DNA of 32,000 nucleotides, from assembly GCF_000092105.1 (NCBI RefSeq), contig NC_014149.1, positions 5,011 through 37,010 of the forward strand, given 5' to 3'. This document shows, one piece after another, positions 17,508 through 24,807 of this stretch. The notes beneath the pieces are model-generated. The model ran no database searches and had not been told where the DNA came from. It saw only the letters and a program-made list of their open reading frames with translations. The first letter of the stretch is position 1. Every line of letters starts with the position of its first letter. The stretch is from Planctopirus limnophila DSM 3776 (GTDB lineage Bacteria > Planctomycetota > Planctomycetia > Planctomycetales > Planctomycetaceae). Position numbers and translations under genes: made by a program.

Positions 17508-17554
17508 ACGGACTTTTAATCCGTAGGTCGAGGGTTCGAGTCCCTCCGCTCTCA
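17508..17554 (+). tRNA. Partial tRNA-Lys(UUU): anticodon arm to 3' acceptor strand only (att-like fragment, not a functional gene)
   Basis: Anticodon arm ACGGA-CTTTTAA-TCCGT, variable AGGTC, T arm GAGGG-TTCGAGT-CCCTC, acceptor 3' strand CGCTCTC plus A. The 26 nt upstream cannot form the matching acceptor (GAGAGCG is absent) or a D arm. Confidence 0.7.
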
Positions 17555-17704
17555 CTCTCGATCGATCTTTGAAACATCTGATACAGCGAGGGAATGAGGC
17601 CGTGTCCGTCAGGGCCACGGGATGCAGTAGCTGTGCTCTTAGAGCCTGAAAGGCTCCGTTGTTTGGGGCCATTGCATTTTCGAACCTCTTCCCCCAATGG
17701 CTGT

Positions 17705-17741
17705 CACCCCGCCGCTCAGCACCGGCGGGGTGTCTGCTTTT
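17705..17741 (+). terminator. Hairpin with a partial T-tract, possible intrinsic terminator
   Basis: CACCCCGCCG (17705-17714) pairs with CGGCGGGGTG (17723-17732), a 10-bp stem with an 8-nt loop, followed by TCTGCTTTT. Confidence 0.4.
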
Positions 17742-17895
17742 AGGCCCGGGTAGAACACCGGATTCGTAGTCCGGTGATCTACCAACCCAATACAATGGGC
17801 AAAATGCGGTGAACAAGCTGGATGTTTACTTGCTGTTCTGAATAGATATGATGGCCTAGCTAAAGGTGCTGTTTTCACTCTTCACTAGGGCTCAC

Positions 17896-18465
17896 ATGAA
17901 AAGACTTTCCGGCTGCGCTGTCGTCTGCTTTCTCGGTCTCGTTGCGTTATGCATCATCCCTGCCATTTTCGCCAAAAGAGGTGGGCCCGCAACCAACAGA
18001 GTCACACCTCAGCCAGTGGGCCCAGCGAAGCCGGTTGATCAGTCGGATGTCAAAGTCATTCCCGGTTTAATGCCAGTGGATATCTACATGAATCTGACGA
18101 AGCAGGGATTCCTGAAACAGGGGCCTGTCGGTAGTCCACCCATGTGGAGACTCACGCGGGAATCAGATGGCGTCAAGATGGACGTGGAGATCTTCTCTCC
18201 GGGCAGCATGAGCAGCGTGTCGTCGGTCAGAGCATTTTGTTTTTCGCCATCTGGCGTGCGAGTTGACGAGGCTGGGAAAATGCAGTTTCTCTTTCCTTAC
18301 CTTGCCACACTTCCCTATCAAGGGGCCGAGCCGATCAAGGCACAAGAGTGGGTCATTGAGCATATGAAAACAGGGGGCGAGACGATCATTGGCTCGGTCA
18401 AGTTTGAGATTCTTGGGGCTGATAATGAGTTTTCACGGAGCCTGAGAATCAGCGTTGTCGAGTAG
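17896..18465 (+). CDS. Membrane-anchored / secreted accessory protein ('moron'-like)
   Basis: ATG at 17896 gives MKRLSGCAVVCFLGLVALCIIPAIFAKRGG (N-terminal signal/anchor). 189 aa. It has its own strong terminator and sits between the att-like fragment and integrase 2. Confidence 0.65.
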   Translation: MKRLSGCAVVCFLGLVALCIIPAIFAKRGGPATNRVTPQPVGPAKPVDQSDVKVIPGLMPVDIYMNLTKQGFLKQGPVGSPPMWRLTRESDGVKMDVEIFSPGSMSSVSSVRAFCFSPSGVRVDEAGKMQFLFPYLATLPYQGAEPIKAQEWVIEHMKTGGETIIGSVKFEILGADNEFSRSLRISVVE

Positions 18466-18485
18466 CATTTCATTTGACGCTGCAG

Positions 18486-18514
18486 AAGCCGCTCTGACGA
18501 GCGGCTTTTTTTAT
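18486..18514 (+). terminator. Rho-independent terminator
   Basis: AAGCCGCTC (18486-18494) pairs with GAGCGGCTT (18499-18507) around a 4-nt loop, running into TTTTTTTAT. Confidence 0.8.
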
Positions 18515-18746
18515 TGCTTGACTTTCTTTGGCTCTGATGCTTTGATCATGCCCGCAGTCATCGGACTGCCACCCCGTCGAAAGGGTGAGATAAACAACGT
18601 TCGACCATGACCTTCTTTGGCGTGCTCTCAGCTCGCCGGGATGCCGCGGCCTGGACGTAGCCTTTTGGTTTTTGTCAGGCCGGTTCCGTTCCCGTTGTTT
18701 CGGAATTTCGACCGGCTCCCGTGTTCCGCCGCTGAGTTTTTGCTGG

Positions 18747-18780
18747 CTACCTACATCGGCAGGCCCGCCCATGTAGGTAG
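18747..18780. repeat. 10-bp inverted repeat CTACCTACAT / ATGTAGGTAG with 14-nt spacer
   Basis: Read directly from the sequence. It abuts the 16-8-16 palindrome. Confidence 0.8.
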
Positions 18781-18785
18781 ATACC

Positions 18786-18825
18786 CACTACGCACGCACA
18801 GTCTCAACTCTGTGCGTGCGTAGTG
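18786..18825. repeat. Perfect 16-8-16 palindrome (lox/FRT-like architecture) upstream of integrase 2
   Basis: CACTACGCACGCACAG-TCTCAACT-CTGTGCGTGCGTAGTG. The spacer is asymmetric and no T-tract lies on either side. Confidence 0.9.
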
Positions 18826-19040
18826 CCCAGCTTTACCAAGCGGCATGCCGGCAGGTGATGATTCATCTGCACAAGGATGTCGTGCGCTCATGCAAATTTT
18901 GAGCTATAGATCAGTAGGAGTCAGCTCCTCGCGACTGATCGAGAAGTCACTCACTCAGCCCGTCACGGATGGTCTTTTGGAATCGAGCCGGGTCGCTCCC
19001 GGTGCGGGCATTCCCATGTCCCAGGAAGTCCACGGAAGCC

Positions 19041-20156
19041 ATGCAGAACCAATTCACACTCACACGTTCACGGCCCGAACAGGCCCAGCCTCCACGCATC
19101 TTCAAGCTGGTGATCGACGACGATCAAGTCAGCTATGGAGACGCCCCGTTGTCAATCCATTCCACTCTGCGGGAATGCTTCGAGAAGGCGGTCTTGCCGG
19201 AGATCGAGATTGCCGAATCGACCATCATCGAATACGAGGCGATGCTCAACCACTGGGAACGCATCATGCGAACCGTGGGAGTGGGCACGATCGACAAGGC
19301 CATGCTCAAGCAGTTTCGCGACCGGCTGGCCGCCGAACGCTGGACGCGATCGAAGCTGGCCAAAGCCACTGGAAAACCTCGATCGGCCGCCACAGTCAAC
19401 AAGGTTATGCGGCACCTGAAGGCTGTCGTCATGAAGCTCTTCCCGCCCGACCGGCACAACCCCGAGGGGCTCGGCCTGGTACCGCTCTGCAAGTTCCCCG
19501 GGCGACTGGAGGAGCCTGCGAAGCTGCCCTTCACTTACAGCCGATCAGCGATGTCTGCTCTCTATCGAAATGCTCATGCGGCCAAGCCCGAGAAGACCAC
19601 GCGATCGACGCCGCTCTATCGACCGGAGCTGTGGCAGCTGGCGATTGTGCTGGGCTTTGGCACTGGCCCGCGATCGTGGGACCTGCTCTCAATGACGTGG
19701 GATCGCATTGGCTGGGAGGATTTCAAGTATGGGTCGATCAGCTTCAAGGCTCAGAAGACAAAGAAGCTGCAACGCATCCCACTGAGTCAGGTCGCACGCC
19801 GGCATCTGGAAATGGTCCGCGACCTGCAGCTGCACGAGAGCGAGATCTTCCCCATGTTCCGCAAGACCAATCGCAGTGTCTATCGCTGCTGGCGACGGAT
19901 CTGCCTGGCTGCTGGACTGATCTCACCCGAGGGCCGCAATGCTCACTTCGAGGATTTGCGCAAGACCTGCTCGACAGCCTACGACGACATCTCGCCGGGA
20001 GTCGGTCCCTGGATTACGGGTCACGAGCTGCAGGGGGTCAACGCCAAGAATTACCAGAACCCCACGAAGCGCGTGTTGAAGGCAGTGAAGCAACTCAAAC
20101 AACCGCTGGCATTTCGCGAAGGAGCCGGGCTGCTGAAGCCAACCACGCCCGAATGA
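19041..20156 (+). CDS. int: Tyrosine recombinase / integrase 2 (with N-terminal SAM-like core-binding domain)
   Basis: Motifs: TIIEYEAMLNHWERIM...ATVNKVMRHLKAVVMKLF (N-terminal domain), GTGPRSWDLLSMTWDRI (Arg I), FEDLRKTC (box II-like), GHELQGVNAKNYQNP (His...Tyr). The start is uncertain: the longest ORF begins at 18969, and ATG 19041 is chosen here. Confidence 0.8.
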   Translation: MQNQFTLTRSRPEQAQPPRIFKLVIDDDQVSYGDAPLSIHSTLRECFEKAVLPEIEIAESTIIEYEAMLNHWERIMRTVGVGTIDKAMLKQFRDRLAAERWTRSKLAKATGKPRSAATVNKVMRHLKAVVMKLFPPDRHNPEGLGLVPLCKFPGRLEEPAKLPFTYSRSAMSALYRNAHAAKPEKTTRSTPLYRPELWQLAIVLGFGTGPRSWDLLSMTWDRIGWEDFKYGSISFKAQKTKKLQRIPLSQVARRHLEMVRDLQLHESEIFPMFRKTNRSVYRCWRRICLAAGLISPEGRNAHFEDLRKTCSTAYDDISPGVGPWITGHELQGVNAKNYQNPTKRVLKAVKQLKQPLAFREGAGLLKPTTPE

Positions 20157-20171
20157 TTTCTCTGGAAATCA
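20154..20171. repeat. Copy 5 of TGATTTC-N4-GAAATCA (spacer TCTG); its TGA is the integrase 2 stop codon
   Basis: Read directly from the sequence. Confidence 0.95.
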
Positions 20172-20269
20172 ACGACACAACTGGTCTGCCGCAGGCACGC
20201 CCGGTCTTTGCTGTGACTCCTGCAGCAGAGGCCGGGCGTGGCCGTTTTCACTCATCAAGGAATTACATC

Positions 20270-20491
20270 ATGGGCTTTTCTCGCCCTCCACTCACGGTCG
20301 AGCAAAGGCTGTCTGCTCTGCTTGCCGGCTTCAATCGTCGCGACATCAGGATCTTCATGGATGCAGTCACTCTGCTGAAGTTCGCGGCCGACGGTCACTG
20401 CAAAAGTAAAGATTGCAACATGTGTAATCACCTCGAGCTGATCATGGAGCAAGGACTCCTTCACCCCACTCCCCAGGAACAATCGCTATGA
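20270..20491 (+). CDS. Hypothetical small protein (73 aa)
   Basis: ATG 20270 with AAGGA 9 nt upstream. Its stop overlaps the next ATG (ATGA). It is the only plausible part of the 548-aa ORF 18845..20491. Confidence 0.55.
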   Translation: MGFSRPPLTVEQRLSALLAGFNRRDIRIFMDAVTLLKFAADGHCKSKDCNMCNHLELIMEQGLLHPTPQEQSL

Positions 20492-21144
20492 GTGCTCGAT
20501 TCGAGCTGAAAATCACTTCCCCCGTTGGGCTTGCCAGCGCTGATGAAGCCGCTGGTCGAGCACTGATTGACTTGGCACAGGTCACACCGATTCGGGATGG
20601 CCAGGCCTTCGTCGCCTGTACTGAGAGTCGCATGCTTGCCATCGCTCGCTGCGAATCATCAGCAACGAACCAGTGCCTTGTCGGTGCTGACTTGTTGCGT
20701 GAGCCCAGGAGCTTTAACGCATTGGCACCGAGAGCGTTTCCACCGGTGGACAAGCTACTTGAGCAGGAGTTGAAACGACCGTCTGCTGCAACAGTCACAT
20801 TCAATTGCCGACTGCTCAAGAAGCTGGCCAAAGCCCTTGGATCTTCGGATGGTCAAGTCACCATCATCGTATCTGATGATCCTACTTCGCCCATTAAGGT
20901 CGTCACGCGGACTGGTGACATCGGCTTGTTGATGCCGGTAGAGCCACCCATCTTTGTAATCGAAGAGTATGACCCTCCCGCAAAGCGTCAGGCGTCTGCT
21001 GATGAATGCTGGAGGCTTCAAGCTCAAGAATACGTGGACGCTCACGAAAGATCGCAAGCGTCAGCAGCCGTGACGCCACAGGCTCAGCCTGCAGGTTCCG
21101 ATATAGATCGGAAATCGGAAGGGGGCCAGGCTCATGGTGATTGA
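20488..21144 (+). CDS. Short DnaN (beta sliding clamp)-like protein, two-domain size (tentative)
   Basis: 218 aa. FVACTESRMLAIA resembles the clamp motif (l)vATDghRLA. VTFNCRLLKKLAKALGSSDGQVTIIVSDDPTSPIKVV...GDIGLLMPV resembles the clamp C-terminal (i)gFNarYLldaLkal...v.l.l.d...P......g..MPmr. Confidence 0.4.
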   Translation: MSARFELKITSPVGLASADEAAGRALIDLAQVTPIRDGQAFVACTESRMLAIARCESSATNQCLVGADLLREPRSFNALAPRAFPPVDKLLEQELKRPSAATVTFNCRLLKKLAKALGSSDGQVTIIVSDDPTSPIKVVTRTGDIGLLMPVEPPIFVIEEYDPPAKRQASADECWRLQAQEYVDAHERSQASAAVTPQAQPAGSDIDRKSEGGQAHGD

Positions 21145-21358
21145 TCTCCAAGCCGCTTTCATAGACATGCTGGCCGAAGGCTGGACGAATGATGGCCCAA
21201 TGACTGAAGACCAGTTCGCGCAGCTGCAGGCCGCCTTCTTTGGAGGCGTGGCTTGCGCGGTCACGGACCTGCCCATCGATCACCCGCACAGGGAGGCGAT
21301 CAACATTCAACTGCAGAAGTTTTTCCGCCAGTTTAAGGCCAAGAACGGTCTGGCCTGA
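21134..21358 (+). CDS. Hypothetical small protein
   Basis: 74-aa ORF overlapping the upstream stop, co-oriented. Confidence 0.5.
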   Translation: MVIDLQAAFIDMLAEGWTNDGPMTEDQFAQLQAAFFGGVACAVTDLPIDHPHREAINIQLQKFFRQFKAKNGLA

Positions 21359-21393
21359 TTTAACGAGCCTTAACTCACTTGAAGGAACGCACG

Positions 21394-21603
21394 ATGCTAG
21401 TCCTCTCCCGCAGACCGCATGAATCCATCCGCTTGACGATCCCTGAGAATCTTCCTCCTGGCACAGTGATTGAGATCACGACATTGGAAGTCAGGGCCAA
21501 CGCCGTGAGGATTGGATTGACAGCACCTCGATCGGTGCAGATCGCCAGAAGCGAACTGGTTGACGAGTCAGGAGTCACCAGCAAGGAAGCTCCTGATGAG
21601 TAA
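21394..21603 (+). CDS. csrA: CsrA/RsmA-family RNA-binding translational regulator homologue
   Basis: ATG 21394 with GAAGGA 8 nt upstream. Compare MLVLSRRPHESIRLT...VIEITTLEVRANAVRIGLTAPRSVQIARSEL with E. coli CsrA [47 protein letters not shown]. There is an 8-aa insertion in the b2-b3 region. Confidence 0.8.
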   Translation: MLVLSRRPHESIRLTIPENLPPGTVIEITTLEVRANAVRIGLTAPRSVQIARSELVDESGVTSKEAPDE

Positions 21604-22624
21604 GCACAAGTCACCAGCACCCGGGCAGCAGTCGTTGATTGTCACACCGCCATACCCGAGGCGGCCACCCTACTTTGCCCTCAAATTCCTGAGGCTTGTC
21701 GATCGATTCTTCGGGCCTCAATACAACCCTCGAATTGTGCAGATCCTCATGTACGTGGTCTTAACTGAAGATCGCCGTCGATACGCCAGCGAACCGACCT
21801 TCTGGCTTTCGCAGATCCGCGATCGCATTGGCCTGAAGGATGACAGCCACACGGCTGCACTCATTCAACAGGCTGTTCAGTCAGGCTGGCTCTACTGGCA
21901 TAAGCCATCGAATCGGGAACTTGCCACTGCCTGGGTGTTGGTGCCACTGGCTTATGAATGCGAGTTATCGAATGGATCAGAAGCTGAAGATCACTTACCC
22001 GGGCTACAGCCCGGGTATCACCCCGGGTATCACCCCCGCAAAGACCCCGGCAAAGACCCAGTGAAAGACCCCTTGTCTTCTTTCCCTAACCTTAACCCAT
22101 CCCCCTCCCCCAAAGATGCCGTGGAGGAGGTGGTGGAAAAGTTGCTTCAGGCTGCAGGAGTGGCAAAGCACCTCGAAACGATCGAGGCCTCGCGAAAGCT
22201 GGGCAACTCCTTCGAGTGGATGCGAGCCAAGATCCAACACTTTCAAGCGAACAAGGGGAGCGACTGGGGGCCAGGCCTCCTCGCGACCCACCTGAAATGC
22301 CGTAGTTTCGCGGGGACGCCCGCGAACCATGGCTGGCCGACTCGAACCACATCCGTGGCTTCGAGGACGCCTGACGCTGCTGCAGAGGCCATCCGGTCCA
22401 CGCAGCAGCTCGAACGTGACCGCCGGGAAAGGCAGCTCGAATTCCAGTTCGGGCCGCTTGTTGATCAGCTCTCATCCGATGAGCAGATCGATCTCCTGAA
22501 GGCACGTCCTGACGCCGATCGACTGATTGAACTCTTTCGCAGCTCACACCGAGCGCGAGGCAAGGGAGGCGTCGTCCGACGCGCCCTGCTCGAAGAGTTC
22601 GCCAAGCGGCATACCGCCGCCTGA
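21596..22624 (+). CDS. Hypothetical DNA-binding / possible replication-initiation protein with an internal P-x-x-x tetrapeptide repeat linker
   Basis: ATG 21596 with AAGGAAG upstream, overlapping the csrA end. 342 aa. The N-terminal half looks winged-helix-like (function tentative). Linker PGLQPGYHPGYHPRKDPGKDPVKDP. Confidence 0.6.
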   Translation: MSKHKSPAPGQQSLIVTPPYPRRPPYFALKFLRLVDRFFGPQYNPRIVQILMYVVLTEDRRRYASEPTFWLSQIRDRIGLKDDSHTAALIQQAVQSGWLYWHKPSNRELATAWVLVPLAYECELSNGSEAEDHLPGLQPGYHPGYHPRKDPGKDPVKDPLSSFPNLNPSPSPKDAVEEVVEKLLQAAGVAKHLETIEASRKLGNSFEWMRAKIQHFQANKGSDWGPGLLATHLKCRSFAGTPANHGWPTRTTSVASRTPDAAAEAIRSTQQLERDRRERQLEFQFGPLVDQLSSDEQIDLLKARPDADRLIELFRSSHRARGKGGVVRRALLEEFAKRHTAA

Positions 22625-22642
22625 CTTCACCACGGATGGCCA

Positions 22643-23089
22643 GTGGGCACGGAGGCCCCTTTCCTTAACCTCACACAGGAGGCACGCTCAGCGTGCGCAC
22701 GTATGGCGAAAATCCCCACCACGATCGACGGCTTTTATGACTGGCTCTGCCGGCAGGTACCTGAAGGGACGACCGTCAATTTCATCGTTGCTCTCTTCCA
22801 CAGTGCCGAGCGAGGTCGCGTTTACACCTCAGTTAAGTACAACGTCGACCTCAACGATTACTCGAAGGATCGACCGGAGCAAATCCGGGAGCTGCTCAAC
22901 AAAGATTTCCACTCACTGGAACAAGCGGGCAAGTGGGTCACGAATCATGCGATCCCGCTCCTTAAGGGAGCAAGGCTCGAAGTGCCCAGGCCGAAGCAGC
23001 GACGGCTGACAGACACGCCGATCGGCCTGCCGAATAAGCAGCCGCTTCGCCTCGAACACAAACCCGAACCCTCCCCCTTGATTCCGTGA
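22643..23089 (+). CDS. Hypothetical protein
   Basis: 148-aa ORF (GTG start). The alternative ATG is at 22703, so the start is uncertain. Confidence 0.5.
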   Translation: MGTEAPFLNLTQEARSACARMAKIPTTIDGFYDWLCRQVPEGTTVNFIVALFHSAERGRVYTSVKYNVDLNDYSKDRPEQIRELLNKDFHSLEQAGKWVTNHAIPLLKGARLEVPRPKQRRLTDTPIGLPNKQPLRLEHKPEPSPLIP

Positions 23090-23277
23090 GGTGTGCTGTG
23101 ACTCAGCCAGAACTCGACACGGATTTCACGGACGAGATCGTCTGCCCATGGTGCGGCTATGAGCATCGAGACAAATGGGAATACCAAGAAGGCGAGCAGT
23201 TCTGCGGTGACTGCGGCCGCAAGTTCTTTCTCGGGATTCACACGAAGGTGACCTATTCAACTGAACGCTTGGAGTAG
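23086..23277 (+). CDS. Small zinc-ribbon protein
   Basis: CPWCG...(17)...CGDCG motif. GTG 23086 overlaps the upstream stop. The alternative GTG 23098 is preceded by GAGG. Confidence 0.55.
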   Translation: MRCAVTQPELDTDFTDEIVCPWCGYEHRDKWEYQEGEQFCGDCGRKFFLGIHTKVTYSTERLE

Positions 23278-23279
23278 CA

Positions 23280-23684
23280 ATGTCAAATCCCCATTACCGG
23301 AAATGCTTTGGTTGCGATCTCGTGTGGAAGCATCATGAGGTCATGACGCCTCGCGTGGTCTGCCTCAGATGTAAATCACAAAACACCGGTCTAATTGACC
23401 GAGTGCAAAGGTTTGCAACTTACATCGAACTTATTGGTTTCACTCGTCATAGAAATGACTGCTGGAGAATGCAGCTGGCGAAAGATGATAAGTCTGAGCT
23501 GGTCATGCAGTTGGTCGAGAACCTCGATATCGAAAACGCCTTCGACGTTGAACTGCATTCGCTACCTCTCAACGTAGGCGACGATCTGGTTCCTCATGCC
23601 GTTTTTCTTACCTACGCCAGACCAGTCACATCCGCTCATCAACTCTCCACTCTCGTTGAAGTATTGAGGATGTATTGCCAATGA
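23280..23684 (+). CDS. Hypothetical protein with N-terminal CxxC...CxxC
   Basis: 134-aa ORF with GGAG 5 nt upstream. Contains CFGCD...CLRCKS. Confidence 0.55.
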   Translation: MSNPHYRKCFGCDLVWKHHEVMTPRVVCLRCKSQNTGLIDRVQRFATYIELIGFTRHRNDCWRMQLAKDDKSELVMQLVENLDIENAFDVELHSLPLNVGDDLVPHAVFLTYARPVTSAHQLSTLVEVLRMYCQ

Positions 23685-23929
23685 ACACGAGCCCTGAACT
23701 CAAGCCCCTCGTGACGTTCTACACCATATTCAACAGCCCTCTGGATTATCCAGGGGAGTTTGTCGTACGGCGATTCCATGTGATGCCTGGCGGCAAGCAG
23801 GCCGTGGACATGGATCTATGGGCAAGAGGCCCAACTCTTGAGAGCGTGATCGAACAGATCCCTGATGGACTCACCCGCATTGGTCGTCATGCGCTGGATG
23901 TGTTGTCTCTTGTGGAGACGTGGTCATGA
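23681..23929 (+). CDS. Hypothetical small protein
   Basis: ATG 23681 (ATGA overlap) with GAGGA 10 nt upstream. 82 aa. Confidence 0.55.
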   Translation: MNTSPELKPLVTFYTIFNSPLDYPGEFVVRRFHVMPGGKQAVDMDLWARGPTLESVIEQIPDGLTRIGRHALDVLSLVETWS

Positions 23930-24195
23930 AGCTCCTCTGCCGCATCTTTGGCTGCGAAATCCACAGACGCCATGACGGCTGCTGTGAGGAATGTGGGGCC
24001 CACATCTACGACGACGATTTCATTCAGCAGCCCTGCTGGTTGATCCGTACGTGGCGGATCTGGTGGCAATGGCTGAGATGCAAGCTGGTCGGCCACAAGT
24101 GCTGCCACTGTGGCAAACGCTACTGGGTGCCAGGGCCGGGCGGCGGCGAGCTGTTCTGCTCCCTCGAATGCGACCGCGAACATGTCCCCTTTTAA
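23926..24195 (+). CDS. Cys-rich small protein (MKLLCRIFGC... type)
   Basis: ATG 23926 overlaps the upstream stop. The N-terminal MKLLCRIFGCEIH motif is common in small prophage proteins. Ten Cys residues in 89 aa. Confidence 0.55.
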   Translation: MKLLCRIFGCEIHRRHDGCCEECGAHIYDDDFIQQPCWLIRTWRIWWQWLRCKLVGHKCCHCGKRYWVPGPGGGELFCSLECDREHVPF

Positions 24196-24205
24196 GGATC
24201 TCCCC

Positions 24206-24460
24206 ATGAAGACCAAGCGAAACCCGAAGAACCTCAGAGAGTGGCAAGAAGCGGCCGACGCCGCTGAGCTATTCCTGCAGATTGATTCCGCCAGATCTTA
24301 CGGCCTGATCACTGGCGGCCCGGCCGTCGATGTCGATCGCTGCGAGGAGCTGCTGAAGCTCGCCGCCCGCCGCAAGATTCGACCCAACAAAGATGCCCTC
24401 GGTCTCATCCTGCAGGGACTGAAGACCACAGGCGGCCAACTTGTGGAGAAGCCACGATGA
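24206..24460 (+). CDS. Hypothetical small protein
   Basis: ATG 24206 with AAGGA upstream. 84 aa. Confidence 0.5.
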   Translation: MKTKRNPKNLREWQEAADAAELFLQIDSARSYGLITGGPAVDVDRCEELLKLAARRKIRPNKDALGLILQGLKTTGGQLVEKPR

Positions 24461-24807
24461 GAAACATGTCGTTCATGCTCACGACTCAGCAGATCCTCGA
24501 TCGCAGCAAGACGGTCACACGTCGGCTGGGCTGGAAGTTCCTGAAGCCGGGCGAGCTCCTGCAGGCCTGCGAGAAGTGCCAAGGACTCAAGCCAGGCGAG
24601 CAGCTCCGCAAGCTGGCAGTGATCGAGGTGGTTTCGATCCGCACTGAGCCACTCAACGCGATCCGGGATGATGATGTTGCCCGGGAAGGATTCCCCGATC
24701 AGCACTGGCATCAGTTCGTGGACATGTTCTGCGAGGCCATGGCGTGCCGGCCAACGGATCCAGTCCAGCGGATCGAGTTCAAGTATGTGGACGAGGTGGC
24801 ACCATGA
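24457..24807 (+). CDS. ASCH (PUA-like) domain protein
   Basis: 116 aa. LTTQQILDRSKTVTRRLGWKFLKPGELL...VIEVVSIR fits the ASCH pattern (...KT.T.R...). ATGA overlaps on both sides. Confidence 0.65.
   Translation: MRNMSFMLTTQQILDRSKTVTRRLGWKFLKPGELLQACEKCQGLKPGEQLRKLAVIEVVSIRTEPLNAIRDDDVAREGFPDQHWHQFVDMFCEAMACRPTDPVQRIEFKYVDEVAP

Noticed and set aside
17461-17554. A complete tRNA-Lys gene
   Set aside because: The 26 nt upstream of the anticodon stem (TAAGTTCAGACCGTTGCAGAAGATCA) cannot pair with the 3' acceptor strand CGCTCTC or form a D arm. Only the 3' 47 nt are tRNA-like.
17745-17800. Possible tRNA-Arg(ACG) on the minus strand or tRNA-Thr(CGU) on the plus strand
   Set aside because: Only an anticodon-arm-like hairpin and a GTTGGTAGA-like D-loop word are present. 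The D stem does not pair, there is no T arm next to it, and the acceptor pairing is imperfect. It is not a credible complete tRNA by eye and is kept only as part of the structured non-coding region.
18845-20491. 548-aa ORF, the longest in its region
   Set aside because: It runs in an alternative frame over the clearly motif-bearing integrase 2 gene and is Arg/Gly/Ala/Pro-rich with no motifs, which is typical of an off-frame ORF in GC-rich DNA. Only its last 73 codons (20270..20491) are kept. They have their own SD and ATGA coupling to the next gene.
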